In this document: positions 44,242 to 53,073 of the stretch, piece by piece
How positions within the stretch are numbered: position 1 is the first letter of the stretch
Layout: each line of letters opens with the position of its first letter
Source: a virus
Taxonomy: Duplodnaviria; Caudoviricetes
Length of the DNA stretch: 53,319 nt
Reading direction: 5' to 3' (one strand)
IMG/VR virus record: IMGVR_UViG_3300013212_000038
Location: 1 to 53,319 of that record
The notes under the pieces: model-generated
Databases searched by the model: none
What the model saw: only the letters and a program-made list of their open reading frames with translations
Told to the model about the DNA's origin: nothing
Program-made: the position numbers and the translations under genes

Positions 44242-45242
44242 GGGCCACTGCTGCGATAGCGTTGTTGCTCGCCGCCGGCGGCTGTGCCAACGTTGGCAAT
44301 GGCGGCCACATGGAAGCGGGCTCTTTCACGCCGCGGAACATCGCGGCACATCCGATGCCTGAAAGGCTGACCATCGTCATCACGCGCGAGCAGACCGTTT
44401 TCTCACGCATTTCGCATGTTCCCTGGGATGCCTATCCCCTGGCGCTCAACGGGAAGATGGTCGCCTTCCTGCCAGTTGGATCGCACATAGTCCTTGTGGT
44501 GGAACCAGGGACGCACATACTCAAGTGGTCTCGAAAGGCCAACGGCATCCTCGTCGGGAAAGATGAAGAGTACGCCGTTGCTGGCCCGGCAGGAGCAATC
44601 CGGTACGTGGCTTTGAAGGCGAAGATCACCGACGTGGAGATGACGGCTGTACCGGAAGATGCTGGTCGTTCTGCCCTGGCTTCAACGGCTCCGGCGCGCC
44701 TGCTGCACAACGGTACGACATGGGACATATTCAAAGGTCGCTCGAAGGCGGCAAACACTGCCGCATGGGACGCGCTGCGGGCGGCCATGCCAGATGGTGA
44801 AACGGTCAATTCGGCGCTTGAGGCTGTGGGGGCAATAGCACTCATTGGGCTGCACGTCGCGGCAGCAACTCAGTCCAACACGCCATCGCTTGCATCTGTA
44901 CGGCCGAGTGGCAGCGGAACAACTCGAGAGCAAACGTCCTCGGCGCTTCGCATGGACACCCTCACCAGCCCTCAGCGGACCAACCCCTTCAGTTACGGCA
45001 AGAGCGAGACGAGCGAACGGCTCAAGAGCGCCAACGCGGCCTGGGTCCGCGACTATCGAACTGGCACGACGTACACGATTGAAGACGATTCCGTGCGGGG
45101 ATCAGACGGATCACGCTTCAAGATTGTCGGCAACTCCCTGATCTCGGAGACGGGCGTGCGCTACCAGATCACAGGGAACTCCCTCCGCGCTCCCGATGGT
45201 CGCACTTGCAGGCGCGTGTTGGACACCGTGCACTGCGACTAG
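44238..45242 (+). CDS. Lipoprotein (DUF2846-like N-terminal domain)
   Basis: MRATAAIALLLAAGGC lipobox; LNGKMV..VEPGTH motif. Confidence 0.75.
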   Translation: MRATAAIALLLAAGGCANVGNGGHMEAGSFTPRNIAAHPMPERLTIVITREQTVFSRISHVPWDAYPLALNGKMVAFLPVGSHIVLVVEPGTHILKWSRKANGILVGKDEEYAVAGPAGAIRYVALKAKITDVEMTAVPEDAGRSALASTAPARLLHNGTTWDIFKGRSKAANTAAWDALRAAMPDGETVNSALEAVGAIALIGLHVAAATQSNTPSLASVRPSGSGTTREQTSSALRMDTLTSPQRTNPFSYGKSETSERLKSANAAWVRDYRTGTTYTIEDDSVRGSDGSRFKIVGNSLISETGVRYQITGNSLRAPDGRTCRRVLDTVHCD

Positions 45243-45261
45243 GCGCAAAGCGCAAGAACCC

Positions 45262-45285
45262 AAGCCCGCCGCGCGCGGGCTTTTT
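45262..45285 (+). terminator. Rho-independent terminator of the cI operon
   Basis: AAGCCCGC-CGCGC-GCGGGCTTTTT. Confidence 0.85.
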
Positions 45286-45314
45286 CTCGACCGCGTATAG
45301 GTGCAAACGCGACT

Positions 45315-45357
45315 TAGCAATCTTTTGCTTGGCAGATTAGCAATGTGTTGCTAGAGT
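45315..45357 (+). promoter_or_regulatory. OL operators and PL
   Basis: TAGCAATCTTTTGCTT (45315-45330), TAGCAATGTGTTGCTA (45338-45353); TTGGCA-N17-TAGAGT. Confidence 0.85.
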
Positions 45358-45391
45358 CTCTCCGTCGCCCAACACAGCACGGAGAGAAGCG

Positions 45392-45751
45392 ATGCAGACC
45401 CTGACACCCAGCGCGCGAGCGCTGCTTGAACTGGACCGCCAGGAGGTGGAGCGCCAGATCAGCCTCACGCTGCACCAGCGCGTCGAGTACGACGGCCAGG
45501 CGGTGGTGTGCCGCGCCGAGGCTGCTGCGCTGGCAGCTGAAGGCAAGCACCAGCAGGCCCAGGGCTGGATGGCCGGCGCCATCCGCTATCGGTCGCGCGT
45601 CATTGCGCTGGACGTTGAGCTGTCCGGCCTGCGTGCGCGGCGCGATGCGCTGATGGCGCGACTCAATGGCGTGGAGCCCGAGGCAGCGCCGGTGGTGCTG
45701 GGCCGCGAGCAGGTCGCAGCGATGGACGAGACGGCAGGGGCACATGCATGA
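45392..45751 (+). CDS. Hypothetical protein, first gene of the PL operon
   Basis: GGAGAG SD; helical. Confidence 0.7.
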   Translation: MQTLTPSARALLELDRQEVERQISLTLHQRVEYDGQAVVCRAEAAALAAEGKHQQAQGWMAGAIRYRSRVIALDVELSGLRARRDALMARLNGVEPEAAPVVLGREQVAAMDETAGAHA

Positions 45752-46008
45752 GCGGCCTGAGGCACAACGCCGCGGATCACGACGCCATGGTCCACGAGCA
45801 CAGCCAGTTCACGGACACGGTTGGCGATGCGGTCATTCGCATCCAGGACGAGGCTTACCGGCTCGGCCACGCACGCGCCAAGGCCGAGTCCGCCGAGCTG
45901 ATTGCCGTAGCGCAGGAGGTCCTGGCCAGCTTCGCCGTCACCTTTCGCGATCAGGCGCTGCGCGCCCGGCTGCAGGCTGCGGTGAACGATGTGCGAGGTG
46001 CAGCATGA
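45748..46008 (+). CDS. Hypothetical protein
   Basis: ATGA coupling on both sides. Confidence 0.65.
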   Translation: MSGLRHNAADHDAMVHEHSQFTDTVGDAVIRIQDEAYRLGHARAKAESAELIAVAQEVLASFAVTFRDQALRARLQAAVNDVRGAA

Positions 46009-46283
46009 GCGCCCGCCCTTTCATTCCCTTGGGCCGCGACCAGCAGGGCCGCATGACGCCCACCGCGCTGCTGCGCTACGAGGATGCCATCGGCACCTGC
46101 AACACCTGCCCTGGCGTGTTGGAGCCGGCCGATGCGCTGCAGAAAGACCCGCCGCCGCCTGCGCCTCCGGCCTATCCGTGGCGCGAGCTGGGCGCCGGCC
46201 TGGCCGTGGTGTTCGCCGTCATGCTCTGCGTGCACCTCGCTGTGCCGCTGTTCGCGACCGTTGTTCAGGTGGCTGCGCGATGA
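46005..46283 (+). CDS. Hypothetical membrane protein
   Basis: MSARPFIPLGRDQQGR; C-terminal TM helix; coupled. Confidence 0.6.
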   Translation: MSARPFIPLGRDQQGRMTPTALLRYEDAIGTCNTCPGVLEPADALQKDPPPPAPPAYPWRELGAGLAVVFAVMLCVHLAVPLFATVVQVAAR

Positions 46284-46507
46284 AGGAGATCAGCGAGAAG
46301 GACGCCCAGCGCTATCTGCGCGTCCTGCAAACCTACCTCAGTCGGAAGCGTGACATGAAGGCCGCCGGGCAGGAACTGATGTCGATCCTCATTCAAGAGT
46401 TCGGCGTCCCTGTACAGCGCGCCCAACGCATGGAGCCATCGTCCTTCATCGCTGGCGTGCTCACGGCTGCTGGCGTGGCTACTCCAGAACAGGACGACGC
46501 CTCGTGA
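46280..46507 (+). CDS. Hypothetical protein
   Basis: MKEISEKDAQRYL; coupled. Confidence 0.6.
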   Translation: MKEISEKDAQRYLRVLQTYLSRKRDMKAAGQELMSILIQEFGVPVQRAQRMEPSSFIAGVLTAAGVATPEQDDAS

Positions 46508-46614
46508 ACGACGACACCTTCGAAGAGGCCCTGAGCCTCATCACCGCCGGCGGCGCGCTGCTGGCCTCCTTCTTCCTGGTCGGCGCGCTGGCGCTGCCTT
46601 TCATCCTGAACTGA
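46504..46614 (+). CDS. 36-aa hydrophobic peptide
   Basis: MNDDTFEEALSLITAGGALLASFFLVGALALPFILN; GTGA overlap. Confidence 0.5.
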   Translation: MNDDTFEEALSLITAGGALLASFFLVGALALPFILN

Positions 46615-46621
46615 GGAGCCC

Positions 46622-47479
46622 ATGAACGCCATTGTCGAGATGCCGAATCGCGGCATCGTCCAATCCGCCGGCCGTCTCTCCGCGCAGGAGGTCGTGCAGC
46701 ACGCCGTAATCGTGCAAGAGGTCATGCGCGCCGTCATGAAGAAGGATGTGCACTACGGGACCATCCCCGGCACTCCGAAGCCGACGCTTTACCAGCCCGG
46801 CGCCGACGTGCTCTGCATGACGTTCCGCATCGCACCCGAGTTCGAGGTCGAGGACCTGAGCACCGCTGATGTAGTGCGCTACCGCGTCACATGCAAGGGC
46901 GTCCACCAGACGACAGGCGTAGTGCTCGGCGAAGGCCTGGGTGAATGCAGCGTCGGCGAGGAGAAGTACAAGTGGCGCAAGGCCATCTGCGAGGCCGAGT
47001 TTGAAGAGACGCCGGCCCATCTGCGCCGCGTGAAGTGGGCCCGCGGAAAGGGCGGCAGCGTCTACAAGCAGCAGCAGGTTCGCACTGAGCCGGCAGACCT
47101 GGCCAACACCGTGCTGAAGATGGCCAACAAGCGGGCCAAGATCGCCATGGTGCTGGCCGTGACGGCTGCGTCCGACATGTTCGGCCAGGACCTGGAAGAC
47201 CTGGACGCCACGCTGCAAGAGCACTTTGCCGACGCCGATCCGGCACAGGGCGAGCAGGCCCAGCCGCAAGCGCCCGCAGTCTGGCCAGCCGACAAGTTCG
47301 CCGAGCAGTTCACCCGCTGGAACAAGGCAGTCAGCGCCGGCCTCAAGACTGCGGCCGACATCCTGGCCCTCGCCAAGTCGAAGGGCGATCTCACCGCAGA
47401 ACAGGAAGCCGCCATCACCGCACTGAAGGCGCCGGCTCCGGCAATTGACGAGGCGCAAGGGGCCGGAAATGACGCCTGA
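46622..47479 (+). CDS. Putative single-strand annealing recombinase
   Basis: HYGTIPGTPKPTLYQPGA, NTVLKMANKRA, SDMFGQDLED; position just upstream of the exonuclease. Confidence 0.65.
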   Translation: MNAIVEMPNRGIVQSAGRLSAQEVVQHAVIVQEVMRAVMKKDVHYGTIPGTPKPTLYQPGADVLCMTFRIAPEFEVEDLSTADVVRYRVTCKGVHQTTGVVLGEGLGECSVGEEKYKWRKAICEAEFEETPAHLRRVKWARGKGGSVYKQQQVRTEPADLANTVLKMANKRAKIAMVLAVTAASDMFGQDLEDLDATLQEHFADADPAQGEQAQPQAPAVWPADKFAEQFTRWNKAVSAGLKTAADILALAKSKGDLTAEQEAAITALKAPAPAIDEAQGAGNDA

Positions 47480-47945
47480 GGATGCTCGCAAGCACTTCAT
47501 CTATGACCCGGAGACCGGCGTCATAGAGAGGCGCGATAGCAGCCGCAAGCGTCGCCTTCACACCGGCACGCTGAATGGCCGCAAAGACACGGCCTATGTC
47601 GTGCTGTGCGTTGACGGAAAGAAGTTCTACGGCCATCGCATCGCTTGGCTGATCTCCTTCGGTGCTATTCCGGACGGAATGGTCGTCGACCACATCGACG
47701 GCGATGGCACGAACAACCGACTGTCCAACCTCCGGGCTGTCAGCAAGTCAGCCAATCAGCGCAACCGTCGCCGCCCTCACAGCGGCTCGGTGACTGGCGT
47801 CGCGGGCGTGACGCCGCACCGCGGCGGTTTTTCTGTCTACGTCGCGGGCCGCTATGTCGGCTGGACGAAGGACTTCTTTGAGGCGTGCTGCATCCGCAAG
47901 GGTGGAGAGCAGCGCCATGGCTACACCAACAGGACAACGCAATGA
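47469..47945 (+). CDS. HNH homing endonuclease
   Basis: YDPETG, HRIAWLI, VDHIDGDGTNNRLSNLR, TGVAGV. Confidence 0.9.
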   Translation: MTPEDARKHFIYDPETGVIERRDSSRKRRLHTGTLNGRKDTAYVVLCVDGKKFYGHRIAWLISFGAIPDGMVVDHIDGDGTNNRLSNLRAVSKSANQRNRRRPHSGSVTGVAGVTPHRGGFSVYVAGRYVGWTKDFFEACCIRKGGEQRHGYTNRTTQ

Positions 47946-49738
47946 AGATCAAGGCAACCATCATTGACCACGCGCAAGGGTCGCCCGCCTGGCTGGCGCA
48001 TCGCGCACGCAGCCTCAACGCGAGCGACCTAGCTGCGGCCATGGGCCTCTCAAAGTACAAGACCCGCGTCCAGCTGCTCGCCGAGAAGGCGACGGGCATA
48101 GCGCCTGAGGTGGACGCAGACACTCAGCGGCGTTTTGACAAGGGCCACGAGTACGAAGCAGCAGCCCGGCCGCTGGCCGAAGAGGAAACCGGCGAGGCGC
48201 TGTACCCCTGCGTCCTTGCCGCCGACGTGGAAGGCCTACCGCTGTCTGCGTCGCTGGATGGCATGGACCTGATGCAGGAAATCACTTGGGAGCACAAAAC
48301 AGCTTCTGCTGCACTGGTCGCCAGCCTGGAGGCCGGCGTCATCCCCGAGGAATACCACCCGCAGATGGAGCAGGGCCTGATGCTGTCGGGCGCCTCGCGC
48401 TGCCTGTTCTCCGCGTCAAAGGGCGACCGCGAGACGATGCGCAGCGTCTGGTACGAGTCGAACCCGGAACTGCGCGCCAAGATCATCCCGACGTGGCGTC
48501 AGTTCATGGCTGACGTAGCCGCCTACCAGCCGGGAGAGGTCGTGCCCACGGTCGTGGCCGAACCGGTTGAGGCCCTGCCCGCTGTGCTGGTCAAGGTCAG
48601 CGGCGAGATTGCCATCACCGCCAACTTCGCCACTTTCGAGGCCAAGCTGCGCGACTTCCTGGACAACCGCCTGATCCGCAAGCCCAAGACCGACCAGGAC
48701 TTCGCCGACCTGGATCTGCAGATCAAGGCCATGAAGGGCGCAGAGGCCGCGCTGGAGTCGGCCGAGGCCCAGATGCTGGCGCAGATCGCCAGCGTTGACA
48801 CGGCCAAGCGCACGAAGGACATGCTGCACAAGCTGGTCCGCGACAACCGCCTGATGGCAGAGAAGCTGCTGGCCAGCGAGAAGGAGCGCCGCAAGGCGGA
48901 GATCGTCGGCGCCGGCCAGACCAAGCTGCGCGAGCACATTGCTGCCCTCTCCAAGCGCCTGGGCTTCGCCATGCCGCCGATCGTTGCTGACATCGCCGGC
49001 TCCATCAAAGGCAAGAAGTCCCTGGCCAGCATGGAGGACGCGATCAGCACCGAGCTGGCCCGGGCCAAGATCGAGGCCAACCGCATCGCGGACCTGATCG
49101 ACGCCAACCGGCGCGCGATGGACGAGGCCCAGGCCGAGCACCTGTTCCCCGACTTCCACCAGGTGTGCACCAAGCCGGCCGACGACTTTGCCAACCTGAT
49201 CACCAGCCGCCGAGCGATCGCGGCCCAGCGCCTGGAGCAGGAGCGCGAGCGCATTCGCGCCGAAGAGGCGGCCAAGCTGGAGCGTGAAGCCGCTGCCAAG
49301 CGCGCCGCCGAGGAGCGTGAGCAGCGCGAGGCCCAGGCTCGCGCAGAAGCTCAGGCGCGCGCCCAGCGTGAGGCCGAAGAGGCTGCCACCAGGCAGGCCG
49401 AGGTGGAGCGCCAGCGCGTGGAGGCACAGCGCCAGCGCGACGCTGAAGCAGCCGCGGAGCGCGATCGCCAAGCCCGCACCCAGGCCGCGGCGCCAGCGCC
49501 CGAGGTCGTGCCGCTGCGCGCGGCCCCGGCCGCGAACGAAGCCCCAACCCTGAGCCTGGGCGAGATCAACCAGCGCATCGCGCCGCTGACCATCAACGCC
49601 GCTGGGCTCGCCTCGCTGGGCTTCCAGGCGACGAAGGTCAAGGCCTCGTGCATGTACCGCGAGACCGACTGGCCCGTGATTCACCGGGCGCTGGTCACCA
49701 AGCTCAACGAGTCGGCACCGCAGCGCCGGGCCGCCTGA
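47942..49738 (+). CDS. YqaJ/lambda-exonuclease family protein with long coiled-coil extension
   Basis: QGSPAWLAHR, ASDLAAAMG, GHEYE, SASLDG, WEHK. Confidence 0.88.
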   Translation: MKIKATIIDHAQGSPAWLAHRARSLNASDLAAAMGLSKYKTRVQLLAEKATGIAPEVDADTQRRFDKGHEYEAAARPLAEEETGEALYPCVLAADVEGLPLSASLDGMDLMQEITWEHKTASAALVASLEAGVIPEEYHPQMEQGLMLSGASRCLFSASKGDRETMRSVWYESNPELRAKIIPTWRQFMADVAAYQPGEVVPTVVAEPVEALPAVLVKVSGEIAITANFATFEAKLRDFLDNRLIRKPKTDQDFADLDLQIKAMKGAEAALESAEAQMLAQIASVDTAKRTKDMLHKLVRDNRLMAEKLLASEKERRKAEIVGAGQTKLREHIAALSKRLGFAMPPIVADIAGSIKGKKSLASMEDAISTELARAKIEANRIADLIDANRRAMDEAQAEHLFPDFHQVCTKPADDFANLITSRRAIAAQRLEQERERIRAEEAAKLEREAAAKRAAEEREQREAQARAEAQARAQREAEEAATRQAEVERQRVEAQRQRDAEAAAERDRQARTQAAAPAPEVVPLRAAPAANEAPTLSLGEINQRIAPLTINAAGLASLGFQATKVKASCMYRETDWPVIHRALVTKLNESAPQRRAA

Positions 49739-49830
49739 TCAACGAGGCGGCCCAAGCCGGAGAAACGCGATCCATCGCGCGCCTTAGATGGCCGCAGGCC
49801 GCCTCACCACTTCACCACCAGGAGAGAACC

Positions 49831-50163
49831 ATGTCCAAGGAATGGAAGGCACCGCAGGCCTTTGAAGAGGGCGATGCGCCCGAGATCCCCATGGCCCAGG
49901 TCAAGAGCAGCCAGGTCGCGGCCATCGGGTACGACCCGGCCACCAAGACGCTAGCCTGCCAGTTCACCCGCGGCCCAGGCCACATCTACCACTACCCCAA
50001 CGTCGAGCCGGAGACACACGCCGCCTTCATGGCCGGCGACCTCGGCCCGGACGTTGAGCCGTCCATTGGCACGTTCTTCGGCCGGCACATCAAGCCGCTG
50101 CCGTTCAAGAAGTACCGCGCGCCGGCCGGCGATGGCCTGACGAAGCAGCCCGAGGCTGCCTGA
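49831..50163 (+). CDS. KTSC domain protein
   Basis: VKSSQVAAIGYD..YHYPNV..SIGTFF..IK; AGGAG SD. Confidence 0.88.
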   Translation: MSKEWKAPQAFEEGDAPEIPMAQVKSSQVAAIGYDPATKTLACQFTRGPGHIYHYPNVEPETHAAFMAGDLGPDVEPSIGTFFGRHIKPLPFKKYRAPAGDGLTKQPEAA

Positions 50164-50320
50164 TCAACGGGGGTGAAGGCGAAAACCTGACGGAGTTCCT
50201 GCCCAAGCCGCCTCGCGCGGCTGACCGAAGCGGGCGCGAGTAGTCGCATGCGATGAAGGCCCTGGCAGCGCGGCAGGCACCCCCACCAACTTCCACCACC
50301 ACTCCATAGGAGTCGCTTTC

Positions 50321-50689
50321 ATGTCCACCCAAGACCCGGGCAAGAGCCCCGCAGCCGCCACTGACATCTCGGAGTTCATGACCGACCTGGACGGCGGCCA
50401 GTTCGAGCGCATGTTGTCGGTCGCCCTGTCCCAGTCGGCAGCTGCCGCTGTCGACAAGCAGAAGGTCGCCGAGATCAGCATCAAGTTCAAGCTGCGCCCC
50501 ATCGGCGGATCGCACATGGTTCACGTCGACCACGCGCTGACCTTCAAGAAACCCACCGAGGCTGGCGAGACCAGCGAGAAGGCGCAGCGCACCACGACGC
50601 TGCACGTCGGCAAGTTCGGGAAGCTGACGCTGGTCCCGGAGTCGCAGACCTCCTTCCTGGACAAGGCATCGGGCCAAGTCAAGGCCTGA
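50321..50689 (+). CDS. YfdP-like phage protein
   Basis: EFMTDLDGGQFE, TTLHVGKFGKL; upstream of DUF2303. Confidence 0.75.
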   Translation: MSTQDPGKSPAAATDISEFMTDLDGGQFERMLSVALSQSAAAAVDKQKVAEISIKFKLRPIGGSHMVHVDHALTFKKPTEAGETSEKAQRTTTLHVGKFGKLTLVPESQTSFLDKASGQVKA

Positions 50690-50729
50690 AGCGCCACCCC
50701 ACCACCACCGTAACGACCGGAGCCAAGCA

Positions 50730-51557
50730 ATGCTCAACGCTGACGCCATCACGGCGCTCTCCAAGGCCGAAGCCACCACGGCCGCCAACACCGCAATCGA
50801 CACCGCCCAAGACAGCATCACCCACGTCCTGGCGCTGCCCGAGGACTTCAAGGTCCACGACCTGGAGCCCTACCTTCCCGGACGCCGCCGTGCTCGCGGC
50901 GCCATGACCACCAGCGTGCTGGCCGACTTCGCCACCTACGTGACCGCCCACGCAGAGGACGGCGCCTCGGTGTTCGTCGACAAGGACCGCATGAAGGCCA
51001 CGGCCGTGCTGAACCTTGGCAACTCCGACGCACCCGGCCATGCCGACAACCTCGCCATCATCGCCCTTGAGAAGTCGTCGGCCTACGCCGCTGTCCTGGC
51101 TATCGCCAACGGCCAGCCGCGCAAGCAAACGGACGTCGCTGAGTTCCTGGAAGACTGGGCGCCCTGCATCGCCTGCCGCAACACCGCCGACGTCATCCCA
51201 ACGGGCCAGGCCGCCGCCGCGGTGCGCACCATCACCATCGAGGCCGCGAAGAAGGTGACCAGCGCCGAGCAGCAGCTGGGCGCCGAGAAGAGCACTTTCG
51301 AATCGGTGCAGGCCAGCAGCGGCGACAACCTCCCGACTCAGATCGAGTTCCATTGCGAGGCGCCGTACTTCGGACTCTCTCCGCGGACGCTGACTCTTCG
51401 CCTGTCCGTCCTGGCGGCAGATAAGCCCATGGTCGTGCTGCGCGTCGTGAAGCTCGAAGAGCACCAGGAGGGCATGGCCGCCGAATTCGCGGAGAAGGTG
51501 CGGGCCCAGCTGAATGGCAGCCTGCCGGTGGGCATCGGCACCTACGCGCGGGCCTGA
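50730..51557 (+). CDS. YfdQ / DUF2303 family protein
   Basis: RRRARG, ATAVLNLG..PGHAD, AEFLEDW, PYFGL. Confidence 0.85.
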   Translation: MLNADAITALSKAEATTAANTAIDTAQDSITHVLALPEDFKVHDLEPYLPGRRRARGAMTTSVLADFATYVTAHAEDGASVFVDKDRMKATAVLNLGNSDAPGHADNLAIIALEKSSAYAAVLAIANGQPRKQTDVAEFLEDWAPCIACRNTADVIPTGQAAAAVRTITIEAAKKVTSAEQQLGAEKSTFESVQASSGDNLPTQIEFHCEAPYFGLSPRTLTLRLSVLAADKPMVVLRVVKLEEHQEGMAAEFAEKVRAQLNGSLPVGIGTYARA

Positions 51558-51559
51558 TC

Positions 51560-51721
51560 GTGGCGAGCCGCCGTAGCCGTGAGCGCCAGGCGGCTCGCCC
51601 CTGGCAGCACGCACAAGAGCCCTCCCCCATCGACTGGGCCGCCCTCGCTGCCGAGCGCGCAAGGCGCGAGCAGCAGCAGGCCCCTACGAAGCCCATCCCC
51701 TCCGCGAGCACATCGACATGA
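51560..51721 (+). CDS. 53-aa hypothetical (not in the ORF track)
   Basis: MASRRSRERQAARPW..IDWAALAAER; ATGA overlap with the next gene. Confidence 0.45.
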   Translation: MASRRSRERQAARPWQHAQEPSPIDWAALAAERARREQQQAPTKPIPSASTST

Positions 51722-52104
51722 GCGACTTGCAAAACCTCCCCGGCCTGCTGAGCTGGCTTGCCAATGGCCGGCGCGGCACCAGCAGCAACAGCATCGTTCA
51801 GCACCTCACCGGCATCCAGACCTTGAGGGGCGACTACCTCGACATCCCGCACGATCCAGACGACCTGGACCGCTGCTTGCAGCTGCTGGAAGCCGTGCCG
51901 CTTCTGCGCCCGCTGCTGCCGCAGATGGCGACCGCATCGCCGCTGTGGGCCGCACTCATTGAGCGCTGGGACGAGATCGAAGCCAGCCACCTGGACGAAG
52001 TCGGGCTGCGCTGGACGAAGGCGCGCAGCGCTCCGAAAACCTACGACCTGATGCGCTCCGTCATCGACCAGGCGCGTGCAATGCAAGAAGGAGGCGCGGC
52101 ATGA
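51718..52104 (+). CDS. Hypothetical phage protein
   Basis: WLANGRRGTSS, PHDPDDLDRC..LLEAVP. Confidence 0.75.
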   Translation: MSDLQNLPGLLSWLANGRRGTSSNSIVQHLTGIQTLRGDYLDIPHDPDDLDRCLQLLEAVPLLRPLLPQMATASPLWAALIERWDEIEASHLDEVGLRWTKARSAPKTYDLMRSVIDQARAMQEGGAA

Positions 52105-52460
52105 CCACGCAAGAAATCCAAGGTGCCCAGCCTGCACACACGCCCGGCCCGTGGGAAGTCACGCACAGCGGCAACAAGGACGACTTCCGTGGGCAATGGA
52201 CCTGGATCAACGCGGAAGGTGGGACGGTCGCGCAAGTCTTCCCGTGCGGCAACCCGCAACGCGCCTTCAAGAGCCCCGAGCTGAGCGACCTGCCTGAGCC
52301 GTCGAACGGCCGGATTGGGCAGGCCAACGCCCGCCTGATCGCCGCCGCGCCGGAGCTGCTGGAGGCGCTGGAGGACTGCTGCAAGGCGCTGCCCACCAAG
52401 GCACCCGAATACAAGCGCGCGATGGAGGCCATCGCCAAAGCCACCGGAGCCCAAGCATGA
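52101..52460 (+). CDS. Hypothetical phage protein (HTPGPW family)
   Basis: HTPGPW..ANARLIAAAPELLEAL. Confidence 0.8.
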   Translation: MTTQEIQGAQPAHTPGPWEVTHSGNKDDFRGQWTWINAEGGTVAQVFPCGNPQRAFKSPELSDLPEPSNGRIGQANARLIAAAPELLEALEDCCKALPTKAPEYKRAMEAIAKATGAQA

Positions 52461-52900
52461 GCAAAACCCAAGCCCCTGATCCTGCACGCGAGTTGCTGGA
52501 GGCATTCCCGGGCTGCGGCGACATGCGCGGCATGGAGAGCTGGTGCGCCCAGGTTCGCGCTTTCCTGCGTACCCCAATCCCAGCCCCTGAGGGTGCAGAT
52601 GAGCCCGAGCCGGCCGCGTGGCTGGTGACGTGGAAGGGCGGCGAGCACTTGTACTGCCACGCTCACGCATCGGAGCTGCCGGCCGTCGATCAGGCGCGAA
52701 TCATGGGCGGCAAGTGCGAACCGCTGTACCGCGTCGCCCTGGCCGCACCAGCACCCAAGGCGCCTGTGGCCCTGACGGATGAGCAGTTGACGCAGATCCT
52801 GGCATCCCATGCCGGGCCGACCATCACGCCGTATCAGATCGCCCGCGCTGTCGAAGCCGCCCACGGCATCCCCGCACCGCAGACCAAGGAGCAGCCGTGA
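52457..52900 (+). CDS. Hypothetical phage protein
   Basis: EPAAW, EPLY, LTDEQ, ARAVEAAHGI modules. Confidence 0.7.
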   Translation: MSKTQAPDPARELLEAFPGCGDMRGMESWCAQVRAFLRTPIPAPEGADEPEPAAWLVTWKGGEHLYCHAHASELPAVDQARIMGGKCEPLYRVALAAPAPKAPVALTDEQLTQILASHAGPTITPYQIARAVEAAHGIPAPQTKEQP

Positions 52901-53073
52901 GCGCCGACAAGCTGGCCGCCGAACTGGCGCGCGCCCTCAAGATCATCGGCCCGGATTGGGAAGACGCCCAGGGCCGCCCTCTCAAGGCATGGCACGCACG
53001 AGCCTCAAAGCTGGTCGCAGCTCACCGTGCTCAGACCAAGAAGCAAACCAAGGAGCCCACCAATGACCGCTGA
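52897..53073 (+). CDS. 58-aa hypothetical
   Basis: GTGA overlap, AAGGAG SD; MSADKLAAELARALK. Confidence 0.5.
   Translation: MSADKLAAELARALKIIGPDWEDAQGRPLKAWHARASKLVAAHRAQTKKQTKEPTNDR

Noticed and set aside
51561-51598. Hairpin GGCGAGCCGCC/GGCGGCTCGCC as a third ncRNA element
   Set aside because: Lacks the shared words of the KTSC-flanking elements and lies in a plausible coupled 53-aa ORF.
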